NCBI GenBank assembly: GCA_022646745.1
Contig: CP060262.1
Span: 1,860,001 to 1,892,000, forward strand
Direction: 5' to 3'
Source of the DNA: Planctomycetales bacterium
GTDB lineage: Bacteria; 4484-113; JAFGCY01
DNA: 32,000 nt
Shown here: positions 15,178 to 24,463 of the stretch, piece after piece
Layout of the letters: each line of letters starts with the position of its first letter
How positions within the stretch are numbered: position 1 is the first letter of the stretch
Position numbers and translations under genes: made by a program
The notes under the pieces: model-generated
Told to the model about the DNA's origin: nothing
Seen by the model: only the letters and a program-made list of their open reading frames with translations
The model's database searches: none

Positions 15178-16425
15178 TCAGCCGTGGCTGATCTTCATGT
15201 GCATCGCGGCCAGGTTACCGGCGCTGCGTCCGCTGGCAACGGCGCGGTTGATGCTCGGCGTGCCGGGGTAGTCGCCACACAGCAGCAGGCCGCGCTCGCG
15301 CAGAAGCTGGTCGTTGGCCGGGATGCTGCCCATCGCGCTCGGTACCGGCAGGGCATCTGGGATGTCGTAGCTGGCCAGCAGCTCCCAGTCGTCAACCTGA
15401 CCGCCGAACCAGCTGAGCAGTTGGTTGCGCAGCGGGCCCTGCAGCTCATCCATGCCGCCGTCCATTATCAGGCTGTTGGCAATCAGCTGCGCGCGATTGC
15501 CGAAGGCATAGCCCAGCTGCACGTTGCTCGGGATCGCCATGCTGCAGACCGGGCCCTGCTCAGCACCGCCCGGCAGGTAGATGATCGGGTCAGCCGTCGG
15601 CGGGCTGGGCACGGCGAAGTGGAAACTGCGGATGCCGTTCATCCTTGGCAGCCCGGCCAGACCGGTCAGCCTGGCCGCGGTCGCGGCATCCGTTGCCATT
15701 ATCGCCAGTTGGCAATCCACACTGGCACCGCCGGCAAGCCTGAGGATTCCCTTGCCGATTTCCTCCACCGGGCAGTTGCAGTGGATGCGCTGCGGGTCAA
15801 GCGGGCGGGCCATCAGCCGCGGCAGGGCCTGCATGCCCTCCGCCGGCAGGCTGGCCAGGCCCTGGCTGAACAGCAGCACCATCTCGCGCATGTTGCGCCA
15901 GGGGATGTCGAGTGTCTTGTCGAGGAATACCGCGGAGAAGAAGGGCTGTAGGAAGTCAGCGATGAAGCGCTCGCTGAAGCCGAGAGTTGGCAACACTTCG
16001 AGGGCTGGCAGGTCCAGGCTGGCCGGTTCGCTGCCGGCATTGGCCAGTGACAACCTGGCCAGCGCGGTGTAGTCGCCGAGGTTGGCCGGGCTGGAGCCGA
16101 GGCTCGTCAGCGCGCGGCCCGGCAGGCGCTGTGGGTCGTAGAAGGCGGACATCCGGCCGGCGCTCATGATGCGCGCCCCGAGCTGGAAGCTCTGCAGCCC
16201 GAGCAGTTCCATATCAACCGAGCGGTGCAGGGCGGCATAGGCGGTGTTCAGCACCTGGAAGCCCCGGTCCACCAATGTACCGTCGAGGTCGTCGGTGCGC
16301 ATCCGTCCACCGGGTGCGTCCGAGGCTTCAAGCAGCAGCCAGTCCACCTCATTGGCCTGCAGCGCGGCGGCTGCTGCCAGCCCGCTGACGCCTCCCCCGA
16401 TGATTGCGACTTCCGCCTTCACCAT
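15178..16425 (-). CDS. FAD-dependent oxidoreductase, amine-oxidase / phytoene-desaturase superfamily
   Basis: N-terminal dinucleotide-binding motif VAIIGGGVSGLAAAAAL...LLEASDAPGGR. C-terminal GDY...S.N.A..SG, typical of flavin amine oxidases. Confidence 0.85.
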   Translation of the reverse strand: MVKAEVAIIGGGVSGLAAAAALQANEVDWLLLEASDAPGGRMRTDDLDGTLVDRGFQVLNTAYAALHRSVDMELLGLQSFQLGARIMSAGRMSAFYDPQRLPGRALTSLGSSPANLGDYTALARLSLANAGSEPASLDLPALEVLPTLGFSERFIADFLQPFFSAVFLDKTLDIPWRNMREMVLLFSQGLASLPAEGMQALPRLMARPLDPQRIHCNCPVEEIGKGILRLAGGASVDCQLAIMATDAATAARLTGLAGLPRMNGIRSFHFAVPSPPTADPIIYLPGGAEQGPVCSMAIPSNVQLGYAFGNRAQLIANSLIMDGGMDELQGPLRNQLLSWFGGQVDDWELLASYDIPDALPVPSAMGSIPANDQLLRERGLLLCGDYPGTPSINRAVASGRSAGNLAAMHMKISHG

Positions 16426-16602
16426 TGCATTCTAGCCAAGGAACGCACTTTTGGGGTATGCGCGCTCATGAGGAAACTGTGGAGTTTTACTTGCAGGGCC
16501 AAGATCACGATTGTCTTATCAGCTGCAGCATCCGCCGGAGGCTAATACAGCTCCGGGACCGGCGGGCTGAGTGCTGCGGCTGGGAAAAACAGGTGGTATC
16601 CT

Positions 16603-17136
16603 ATGGAAAAGCTGCGATTGGGCAGGTTGTTCTGCCTGGGTCTACTGATTGCTGCGGCCGCTTTGCTGCCGTTGTTCACATCCCCCGCGAATGCCGCTGA
16701 CGGCCAGAGCCTGCGCGAGAAGCGTGCGGAAGTCAGCGGGATGAAGCGCATCTCGGACAAGCGTGACGGTGAAAGCGTAGTGCTTACGAGGGAGCTGCCA
16801 TCGCTGGCGGACTATGCCCCCGTGCCGACCGGGCATTGGGCCTACCCGGCGCTCAGGCACCTCAGCAAGCAGGGCCTGCTGAATGGCTACCCGGACGGAT
16901 TCTTCAAGGGTGACCGCCCGCTGACCCGCTACGAGTTCGCCCAGGCGATGTCCAACCTGCTTCCGATGGAGCAGGCCGACAGCCAGGCACAGCTCGCGGT
17001 GGTGGCATTGCAGACGGAATTCTCCGGCGAGCTCAGCGACATCGCGGCGCGGATTGACGAGATCTCCATGCAGCTTGCCGAAATGCAGGCGCGACTCGGC
17101 GCATTGAGCGCGGCGAACGAGGCGGCCACTCCATAG
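16603..17136 (+). CDS. secreted SLH-domain protein with a short coiled-coil tail
   Basis: Signal peptide ...LFTSPANA|ADG. One SLH module (PTGHWAYPALRHLSKQGLLNGYPDGFFKGDRPLTRYEFAQAMSNLL). A heptad-like tail follows (ELSDIAARIDEISMQLAEMQARLGAL). Confidence 0.85.
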   Translation: MEKLRLGRLFCLGLLIAAAALLPLFTSPANAADGQSLREKRAEVSGMKRISDKRDGESVVLTRELPSLADYAPVPTGHWAYPALRHLSKQGLLNGYPDGFFKGDRPLTRYEFAQAMSNLLPMEQADSQAQLAVVALQTEFSGELSDIAARIDEISMQLAEMQARLGALSAANEAATP

Positions 17137-17280
17137 GGACCGGGGATCAGGGACCGGGGACCAGGAGGTGCGACCACGCCAAGGCGTGGTAGTCGCACAA
17201 CAGGAGGTCAGGCGAAAGCCTGACAACAGTGGTCAGTTGCCAGCGGTTGGTGCTCAGTAGCAGCGGCGCCCCCGCCGCTG
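17137..17280. repeat. 3'-flank composite of G-rich words plus three GC hairpins
   Basis: gggaccggggatcagggaccggggacc. Nested hairpin GTGCGAC-CACGCC-aa-GGCGTG-gta-GTCGCAC (17168-17198). GTCAGGC-GAAA-GCCTGAC (17206-17223). The cagtggtcagt word. CAGCGGCG-cccc-CGCCGCTG (17261-17280). Confidence 0.8.
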
Positions 17281-17359
17281 GAGTGTGTAAGGGGATCTCT
17301 GCATTGCCAGCTCATCAATGAAGCCTGGCCAGCTTGCTGCGGAATCAGCCTTAGTTTTT

Positions 17360-17396
17360 CCACGCCACAGGCGTGTTGCGCGGCCTCCGGCCTTGC
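17360..17396 (+). repeat. 37-nt dispersed element, copy B (left bracket of the low-GC cassette)
   Basis: Reads ccacgccacaggcgtgttgcgcggcctccggccttgc. Its 5' part is itself a hairpin (CACGCC-aca-GGCGTG). Confidence 0.85.
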
Positions 17397-17427
17397 CTGG
17401 AGGAATCTCTATAGCTAGAGCCATGGG

Positions 17428-17825
17428 TTGACATCGCCGCCTGCTTCTTCATCCCCGGCGGGGCTGTGGCTTCGTGGAGCAGGGAACTACGGCATGTACT
17501 ATGGAATCAAGGGTGGCAAAGTCGTTTACATCGGCAGATCTGGCAGTATTCTGGATCGGATAAATACTGGCGTATGAAGAAGAGGTTTGACGATACGATT
17601 TGAATAAAGCAATTCCAAGACTTGACCAGTAATCAATCCAGGGCGATAGAGGATTTCCTGATCAGGACAACCAGAGGTGGTCCCAGACCACCACATGGCA
17701 CCGGTCAATTATGGAACAAACGAAACGAAGTCTGGGCCGGACATTCACACCATAAGGAATGGTATGAATGGGCAAGAAGGGAAATTGACAATAGAGGTTT
17801 TCAGTTCCCGGATGAACTGCTTTAG
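17428..17825 (+). pseudogene. decayed GIY-YIG-type nuclease module, split over three reading-frame pieces
   Basis: Piece 1 (frame of ATG 17494) reads GNYGMYYGIKGGKVVYIGRSGSILDRINTGV*, which aligns by eye with the UvrC/I-TevI GIY...YIG...R motif. After a frame change comes ..RMKKRFDDTI* (TGA at 17601). The piece in the same frame after the TGA (track ORF 17622..17825) reads SRAIEDFLI...GQLWNKRNE, supplying the Glu and Asn expected later in the fold. There is no homopolymer at the break points. Confidence 0.4.
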
Positions 17826-17837
17826 AATGGAGTCAGC

Positions 17838-18635
17838 ATGAAGCATCCCGTTATCGGAAAGTTGTACCTTTATTCCCCTTGTGCTGAATTCACAGTTCAC
17901 ATAACGCCGGTCGAATACTGCAATGCAGGATTGTTCAAGGGAGCTCTGCTGTGCTATATCTTCAAGCCTGAAAAGTCAGCGGAAGAGTTGTACTCAAATG
18001 CCAGCGGTGATGACCTGCTCATTCCCGCGTTCTTTACATTCAAGGAATACTTCAGGGATGGATCATTCTCATATGTTCCTGCCGACAAGTCCGTTCCTCT
18101 GCCATTGTTTCGCCAGCATGGATTTAATTCTGACATATTGAGAAGGGATTTTCGCCCCGACAAGTGGTATGACATTAGCGATAAGCTGATTCCTGAGAAC
18201 ATCATTCCTGACCACTGTTCGCCTGGAGCCTTGTCCTCTTTACCTGGAATTTGCAAACACGTTGCCAAGGCACTGAATATCGACATTAACTGTGATCAAC
18301 TATATCCTGACGAGGAAGAGGATAGCAGGAAGTCGCAGTTGCCAGCGGATGATCATGTCAACAAACGCAGCATGTTTCTTGTTGTGTCGATTCCACATGG
18401 CCCGGATGCCTGTAAGAATCCTGAACAGGACATCATGGGGATTGAGGATGCGCTTATTGCTGCCCTTGTGCCTGCCAAACTGGGGACCTGTGATGGAGAT
18501 GAAGCAGGCGAGAATGATACTGACCTCTTTGTGAAGATCCGCCCCAGGAAGTTTCCGGAAGCAATTCAGGCAATTCGAAATGCGCTTGATGACGTGGGTG
18601 TACTGAAATATGAGCTTTCGTGGATCAAGGGATGA
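17838..18635 (+). CDS. hypothetical 265-aa protein (low GC), candidate immunity-type partner of the nuclease remnant
   Basis: The ATG lies 12 nt after the upstream stop and is preceded by TGGAG. GC is about 45% in a hand-counted 93-nt sample. No motif was recognised. The immunity role is inferred from position only. Confidence 0.65.
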   Translation: MKHPVIGKLYLYSPCAEFTVHITPVEYCNAGLFKGALLCYIFKPEKSAEELYSNASGDDLLIPAFFTFKEYFRDGSFSYVPADKSVPLPLFRQHGFNSDILRRDFRPDKWYDISDKLIPENIIPDHCSPGALSSLPGICKHVAKALNIDINCDQLYPDEEEDSRKSQLPADDHVNKRSMFLVVSIPHGPDACKNPEQDIMGIEDALIAALVPAKLGTCDGDEAGENDTDLFVKIRPRKFPEAIQAIRNALDDVGVLKYELSWIKG

Positions 18636-18748
18636 AAAGGGGAATCCACCTCCTTTGCAGTTCAAAGTCGTAACGGAATGTCTATCTGAAGGATACATCG
18701 AAACAGTTGGAATCCAGGACTTCCTGAATCCAACTTGCAAGTGCAACC

Positions 18749-18935
18749 CAGACCGGCGAATACTTGCTCGAACCGGCGACTTACTCTGTAGTTTCCGCGC
18801 GATTCGCTGGGAAACAATGCCCGTTCGGCCAGCGAGGAGCTGTGCTCTGAGCTGAGCTGCAGACCAGCGAGACCCTGTTCGAGCTGGCAATGGAATGCAG
18901 ACCGGCGAGCGCTCGTGCGAACCGGCAATACTTGT
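18749..18935. repeat. three degenerate ~31-nt direct repeats CAGACC(G/A)GCGA-N9-10-CGA(A/G)C(C/T)GGC(G/A)A
   Basis: Copies lie at 18749-18780, 18860-18890 and 18898-18935. Confidence 0.65.
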
Positions 18936-18968
18936 AACCGACACACTCGCCGGCATCACAGATATCCC

Positions 18969-19005
18969 AAACGCCATAGGCGTGCTGCGCGGCCTCCGGC
19001 CTTGC
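18969..19005 (+). repeat. 37-nt dispersed element, copy C (right bracket of the low-GC cassette)
   Basis: Reads aaacgccataggcgtgctgcgcggcctccggccttgc. It has the same orientation as copy B, 1.6 kb away. Confidence 0.85.
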
Positions 19006-19146
19006 GAAGGAATTTCCTGGCGGCTTCCGGCGACAGGAGTGTCGCCGCTACGTTCACCGGTCACACTTGCCCGACTGACAGCGGGCCTCCTACAGTCAGA
19101 CTGACACACGGCCTCCCCGCCGATTCAGACTAGTTTCCCCCGGGGC

Positions 19147-19176
19147 TTGATATACATCCTGCGTGTTCCATAATAT
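19147..19176 (+). promoter_or_regulatory. candidate sigma-70 promoter TTGATA-N17-ATAATA (TAATAT alternative)
   Basis: TTGATA at 19147-19152; cATAATAt at 19169-19176. Two 5'-UTR hairpins follow: GTTGATA..TATCAAC at 19241-19260 and GGACGTCA..TGACGTCC at 19281-19306. Confidence 0.4.
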
Positions 19177-19319
19177 AAGGGCTAGTGGAGCACGCCGGAG
19201 CGGGCCTTGTGCCCGTCCCGCAGAAGAATTCCGTGGCTTTGTTGATAAGGAAGTATCAACTACGAACATGACCATGGAACGGACGTCAGGCTTTATGTGA
19301 CGTCCTGCGAGGTAACTGG

Positions 19320-21401
19320 ATGAATCTCAAGCTGAGCTATCTGACTGGATTGCTGCTGTGCCTGCTGTGGCTGGTACCGGCGACGGGCGCCGTCCCGGAC
19401 GGGATCCGCGCTGATGACTTCGTCGAATCAAGCTATGCCGTGCTGACCCAGCCGGTGCAGGACCGCACCCAGGTGCGTCCGGGCGAGACCATGATGCTCG
19501 GCCTGCGCACGGTGACCTACGAGGACCAGGGCATCAAGTTCCACATCTACGGCGTTGAGCCCAGCACAGCCGGCTACATCCCCAGCAACTGGGAGATGGG
19601 CGAAAGTGAAATAGCGACATTCGGCGAGGCGGACTGGCCGGCGGCCCACCTCGAGAAGAGCGAGATCGGCGACATGTACTGGCTGATGGGCCAGAACGTG
19701 GCGAAGATGGAGGCCACGATCAATCCCGATGCTGCTCCCGGCAAGTACATGCTGACTGGCAAGCTGTTCTTCATGGCCTGCACCGAGGAGATGTGCCTCG
19801 CCCCGAGCCTCGTCGAACTGAACTGGCCGGTGGAAGTCGTTGCCAGCGACTTCGCCGGCGACATCATGGTCGACCCCGGTGTGTTCAATGAGTCCTATCC
19901 GGTCAGCTATGCACAGGACTTCAGCCTGCCACCCGCTGAGGATGAGGGCAGCGGCATTGACGAAACCGGCGATGGCGGAGGTGATGCTGCCGTGGCTGGC
20001 AGCACCGACGGTGGTGGAGGCGCAGCTGGCGACCTGCTCGGCAAGCTCAAGCAGAGCAAGGCTGAGAAGGAGCCGATCCCCTTCCTGAACATCTTCCTGC
20101 TGGCACTGGCCGGCGGCCTGATCCTGAACGTGATGCCCTGTGTGCTGCCCGTTGTCAGCATCAAGGTGATCTCACTCGTGAAGAGCGCGCATGAGGACCC
20201 GAAGCAGATCTGGGGCCACGGCTTCGCCTTCAGCGGCGGTATCCTCGCGGCCTTCGCCGTGCTGGCGCTGGCGGTCACGATCCTGCAGAGTGTCGGCAAG
20301 GCCAGCGGCTGGGGTTTCCAGTTCCAGAACCCCTGGTTCGTGGTGGCGATGGTCACGATCATCTTCGTGTTCGGCCTCAGCCTGGCCGGCGTGTTCACCA
20401 TCAAGCCACCCGAGGCGATCACGCATACCGGCGAGAAGCTGGCTGAGAGCGAGACGCTGGGCGGCTCATTCTTCAAGGGTGCCTTGGCAACGGTACTCGG
20501 CACCCCCTGTGTCGGACCCTTCCTCGGCCCGGCACTCGGCGTGGCCTTCACCACCGAGCACAGCTGGCAGGTGTTCCTGATCTTCTTCGCGATCGGCGTC
20601 GGCATGGCGGTGCCCTACATCCTGATGCTGCCCTTCCTGACGAAGATGGGCCGCCGCGAGCGCGGCCAGCTGTCCCGCAGGCTGCTGGAAAGCAAGGACA
20701 AGCTCGTGCTGTTCGAGCGCGTGATGGCCTTCCTGATGTTCTTCACCGTGGTCTACCTGCTGAGCATCCTCGCCGGCATTGGCAACGAGAAGACACTCGT
20801 GTGGATGGCCTTCTACCTCACCGGGCTGGGGTTTGCCGCCTGGGCCTGGGGTGAGATGGTGCTGCGTGGCCGCCAGACGATGCTGCGCGGCATGCCGATC
20901 GTATTCCTGATCGTGCTTGCCACTGCCTGGTTCGGCCTGACCCGCGTGGCACAGACGACCGTCAACACAATGACCCCGGAGGCCCAGGCCGAACTCGGTG
21001 GCGCAGGTGTTGACAATGCCGTTGAGCAGGCGGAAGCCTCCGCACATGGCAACTGGGTGCCCTTCAGCATGGCGGCACTTGAGCAGTATCTCGCTGAAGG
21101 CCGGACGGTGCTGGTGGACTTCACCGCCGACTGGTGCCCGAACTGCAAGACCAACGAGGCTGTCGCGCTCAATGTGCCCAGCACCCAGCAGCTCGTCAAC
21201 GACGAGGACGTGGTGATGATGCAGGCGGACTGGACCGTGCCGAATGACGAGATCAAGAACATGATCAACGCGCTTGGCTTCGCCAGCATTCCGCTGGTCG
21301 GCATCTTCCCGGCCAACGACCCCGGCAACCCGGTGGTGGTGGACGGAGTCTACAGCGCGGCGCAGATCCAGGAGCATATCCGCGAGGCGCTCAAGCGCTG
21401 A
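19320..21401 (+). CDS. dsbD: three-domain protein-disulfide reductase, DsbD family
   Basis: Signal peptide. N-terminal alpha-domain Cys pair (FFMACTEEMCLAP). Membrane core with the two conserved Cys (NVMPCVLPV and GTPCVGPFLGP). C-terminal thioredoxin domain (DFTADWCPNCK). Confidence 0.9.
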   Translation: MNLKLSYLTGLLLCLLWLVPATGAVPDGIRADDFVESSYAVLTQPVQDRTQVRPGETMMLGLRTVTYEDQGIKFHIYGVEPSTAGYIPSNWEMGESEIATFGEADWPAAHLEKSEIGDMYWLMGQNVAKMEATINPDAAPGKYMLTGKLFFMACTEEMCLAPSLVELNWPVEVVASDFAGDIMVDPGVFNESYPVSYAQDFSLPPAEDEGSGIDETGDGGGDAAVAGSTDGGGGAAGDLLGKLKQSKAEKEPIPFLNIFLLALAGGLILNVMPCVLPVVSIKVISLVKSAHEDPKQIWGHGFAFSGGILAAFAVLALAVTILQSVGKASGWGFQFQNPWFVVAMVTIIFVFGLSLAGVFTIKPPEAITHTGEKLAESETLGGSFFKGALATVLGTPCVGPFLGPALGVAFTTEHSWQVFLIFFAIGVGMAVPYILMLPFLTKMGRRERGQLSRRLLESKDKLVLFERVMAFLMFFTVVYLLSILAGIGNEKTLVWMAFYLTGLGFAAWAWGEMVLRGRQTMLRGMPIVFLIVLATAWFGLTRVAQTTVNTMTPEAQAELGGAGVDNAVEQAEASAHGNWVPFSMAALEQYLAEGRTVLVDFTADWCPNCKTNEAVALNVPSTQQLVNDEDVVMMQADWTVPNDEIKNMINALGFASIPLVGIFPANDPGNPVVVDGVYSAAQIQEHIREALKR

Positions 21402-21440
21402 CGCGGCGGGCCGGCTGCCCGTCGCCACGTGTAACATCAA

Positions 21441-24095
21441 GTGGTGCACCGCCCGATCCTGACTGCGATGCTGCTGGCCTGCCTGCTGGGCAGTTCCTGC
21501 ACGCAGCCGCAGCCGGCGGGTAATCCCACTCCGGCGCGGCGTGCCCAGGCGGACTGGATGGACCTGCACCATCCCGGCCCTTATGCGACGGTCACACCTC
21601 CAGGCGGCCAGCCGGAGCGTTGCCAGAGCTGCCACCAGTTCGAGACTTTGTCAACGATTCCGTCCTTCCTGCCGGCCGAGCTGCAGGACGATCCAGCAGG
21701 CGAGTACTCTGACCCCACTGAACCGCTGCAGGTCGGCGGCACGCATCCCGGCGGCTGGCTGGACTGGCATGACCCGGGCATCGTCGGCTGCGTCGGCTGC
21801 CACGGCGGGAATCCGCAGGGCCTGAGCTACAACGAAGCCGGCCACTCCAGCATGTTTGACAACAACGATGAGCTTGACGGCGCACCGGTCAATGTGCTGC
21901 GCGAGGCTTCCTGTGGGCGTTGCCATGCCGGGGAGCTCGTGCCCGCCGCGCCGCTGCTGAGCGAAGGCCGCAGCCTGATGCGTGAACTGCGCTGCAGCGC
22001 CTGCCACAGCCTGCCGGACTGGCTGAGTGCGGGCTACGCCGGGCCTGACCTCGGCCGCGTGGGCGAGAAGTACAGCGCCGGGATGATCGCGCTCGTGCCG
22101 ATGCATGTGCAGCAGTTCAAGCCCGGCAGCCGCATGCCGACATTCGACCTGCCGGAGGCGGAGGCGGCGCACATTGCCAGTTTCCTCGCCGGTGATTCGG
22201 ACATGCTGGAAGATGACAACAAATCCACAGTCGACCCCGCCGATCCGCAGGCGCTGGCCCTGCTGGCAGAGTCGCGCTGTGTGAATTGCCACGTGCTGCC
22301 CGCCCTGCCGGAAGGACTTGACATTGCAAGCCTGCCGGAGGAGGTGCGCCTGCTCTGGGAGATGCCGCAGGGCATGCTCGGGCCAAGCCTCGAGCTGGTC
22401 GGGCGGCGGCTCAGTGCGGCATGGATCGCGGACTTCCTGCTAAACACGCATGAGCGTAACGCCGGCAGCCGCATGCCACAGCTGGAGCTGGATGCCCAGC
22501 AGGCGCAGCTGCTTGCGGACTGGCTGGTCAGTGCCAGCAAGGACAGCGGGACGCCACTGCCGGCGCTGCCGGATGTGTCCGCCGGCTACCCGGTGGAGGG
22601 CAACAGCCTGTTCATCGGTCGCGGCTGTGCGGGCTGCCACAGCATCGACGGCCGCTCGCTGGCCGGCAACCCGGTCGGGCCCTCACTGGCCGGGGTCGGA
22701 GAGCGCACGCTGGAGCAGATCCAGACCAAGGCCCCCACGATAGACAGGCTGTACGACTACCTCGATGGCAACATGCGTGACCCGCAGTCCGTTGGCAACC
22801 AGTACATGCCGCGCTTCAACCTGACTGACGGGGAGCGGCTGGCGATCGTCACCGCCCTGCTGGCTGAACCGCAGGACGACTCGCACCGCATGGCGCCGCT
22901 CCGGGAAACGCCTGCATCCGACCCCGCCGCAATCAGGACGGACTGGCAGGCCTACTGGCAGTACCCGGTCGAGCCGCAGGGCAGCGGTGACCACATGCTG
23001 TCGCGCCTGGAGCGCGACCTGCGGCCGGAAAGCTGCGCGGTCTGCCATCGCCAGCAGTACACACAGTGGCAGGGCACGCGCCACAGCCTGGCAATGGGGC
23101 CGGGCATTGTGGGCCAGATCGTGGACATGGACAGTGCCAACTACAGCTCCTGCCTGAAGTGCCATGCCGTACTGTCAGAACAGCAGCATGTGCGGAAGCT
23201 GGATGGCAAGTGGCAGGACAACCCGGATTACAAGGAGCAGCTGTACCTGAGCGGCAATTCCTGCGCCAGCTGCCATGTACGGGCGCACACGCGCTTCTCC
23301 GCCGTTGACACTTTCCAGCGTTACCCCTGGGCGGATGGTGCTGTTTCCGCCCACAGTCTGGAGCGCAGCCCGCTCTTGCAGTCCAGCGATTTCTGCTGGA
23401 ACTGCCACCAATTTGATGAGAGCCGCACGCTGGCGGATGGCGGGCCGCCGTTGCAGAACACCAACATTGAGCACCGCGAATGGCAGCAGCGCAGCGGTGA
23501 CACCCGCAGCTGCCAGGCCTGCCACATGCCCGAGGGTGCCCACACTTTCCTTGGGATCCACAACGAGCAGTACGTGCGCGATTCACTGAAGCTCAGCGAG
23601 TCACTGGTGCTTGAAAACAACACTGGACTGTCTGCACGCCTGACGATAGACACAAGCGAGATCGGGCACCATTTTCCGACATATGTCACTCCAGTGGCCA
23701 TCATCGAGTTCGAGCTGTATGACGGCGATGGAAAGCTGCTGGAGGGTTCGCAACAGGAACAGCGCATCGGACGAGATTCACGGACCAGGGCGAAGGAGGG
23801 CGGTGGCCGCGAATGGTACGACGAGTCAGATACGCGCATCCCGGGGGGCACGGTGCGGGACTTCGACTTCCCGATAGACATGGGTGCATTCCCAACTGCA
23901 GCCTCGGCCAGGCTCTTGCTGCGTGTTGAGCCTGACCACTTCTATCACAATTCATACAAGCGCTGGATCGAGGATGAAAAGCGCAGCGAGGCCGGACGGG
24001 AGCTGCTCAGGCAGGCGCTGGATGAGACTTCACGCGAATCCTCCGGCTATACGGTGTATGAGGCAGATCTGATGATCTCGCCGTTGCTGGACTGA
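21441..24095 (+). CDS. 11-haem c-type cytochrome, probable lipoprotein
   Basis: I counted eleven CxxCH motifs: CQSCH, CVGCH, CGRCH, CSACH, CVNCH, CAGCH, CAVCH, CLKCH, CASCH, CWNCH, CQACH. Three central units resemble class-I domains (CxxCH...GP(D/S)L..VG......MP.F.L). The C-terminal five haems are closely packed, as in multihaem cytochromes. The N-terminus reads MVHRPILTAMLLACLLGSSC. The GTG start is uncertain (21441, 21444, or the ATG 27 nt downstream). Confidence 0.85.
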   Translation: MVHRPILTAMLLACLLGSSCTQPQPAGNPTPARRAQADWMDLHHPGPYATVTPPGGQPERCQSCHQFETLSTIPSFLPAELQDDPAGEYSDPTEPLQVGGTHPGGWLDWHDPGIVGCVGCHGGNPQGLSYNEAGHSSMFDNNDELDGAPVNVLREASCGRCHAGELVPAAPLLSEGRSLMRELRCSACHSLPDWLSAGYAGPDLGRVGEKYSAGMIALVPMHVQQFKPGSRMPTFDLPEAEAAHIASFLAGDSDMLEDDNKSTVDPADPQALALLAESRCVNCHVLPALPEGLDIASLPEEVRLLWEMPQGMLGPSLELVGRRLSAAWIADFLLNTHERNAGSRMPQLELDAQQAQLLADWLVSASKDSGTPLPALPDVSAGYPVEGNSLFIGRGCAGCHSIDGRSLAGNPVGPSLAGVGERTLEQIQTKAPTIDRLYDYLDGNMRDPQSVGNQYMPRFNLTDGERLAIVTALLAEPQDDSHRMAPLRETPASDPAAIRTDWQAYWQYPVEPQGSGDHMLSRLERDLRPESCAVCHRQQYTQWQGTRHSLAMGPGIVGQIVDMDSANYSSCLKCHAVLSEQQHVRKLDGKWQDNPDYKEQLYLSGNSCASCHVRAHTRFSAVDTFQRYPWADGAVSAHSLERSPLLQSSDFCWNCHQFDESRTLADGGPPLQNTNIEHREWQQRSGDTRSCQACHMPEGAHTFLGIHNEQYVRDSLKLSESLVLENNTGLSARLTIDTSEIGHHFPTYVTPVAIIEFELYDGDGKLLEGSQQEQRIGRDSRTRAKEGGGREWYDESDTRIPGGTVRDFDFPIDMGAFPTAASARLLLRVEPDHFYHNSYKRWIEDEKRSEAGRELLRQALDETSRESSGYTVYEADLMISPLLD

Positions 24096-24463
24096 TCCGC
24101 GATCCACAGCTTTCATCAATTCTATACTCACTGGCCCTGTTCTGTTATACTCCGGATACTTTGGTGTCTTGTTGGTTGAATCGCTGACTTGACGCTTCGG
24201 TAAGTAAGAGGTAATTGCAATGGGCCTTGCAAGTACAGTTTCGACAAACCCGAATGCGCTTCGTTGTTCCTCTTGCTCGCATATTCCCAGACAGAATCCG
24301 CGCCCTTTCGCGCGCGTATTCACCGGCTGAACGACTGACTGATTAGCAAGGAGGAACGCATATCTGCGGGCTCGGGCCATGCCGCAGAAACTTATCGCCC
24401 CTTAGCGGGCCCCCTGAACACGTTCATTTTTTATTCCATACCAATACCTATATAGGAGTTATT

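Noticed and set aside
15055-15951. 298-aa ORF on the + strand
   Set aside because: It is antisense to the FAD oxidoreductase (GGGVSG dinucleotide motif). Its 5' end begins inside the hairpin repeats.
17360-19005. Integrase- or transposase-mediated mobile element
   Set aside because: There is no recombinase, transposase or tRNA attachment site inside or next to the low-GC cassette. Only the flanking 37-nt repeats suggest mobility, so I report it as a finding rather than annotate it as a mobile element.
18300-19109. 269-aa ORF on the - strand
   Set aside because: It runs antisense to the 3' end of the 265-aa gene and straight through the degenerate direct repeats and the 37-nt element. It is R/S/P-rich and has no RBS.
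20466-21635. 389-aa ORF on the - strand spanning the dsbD/cytochrome junction
   Set aside because: It is antisense to two genes with strong motif support (CVLP / PCVGP / WCPNC; CxxCH), and it crosses an intergenic gap.
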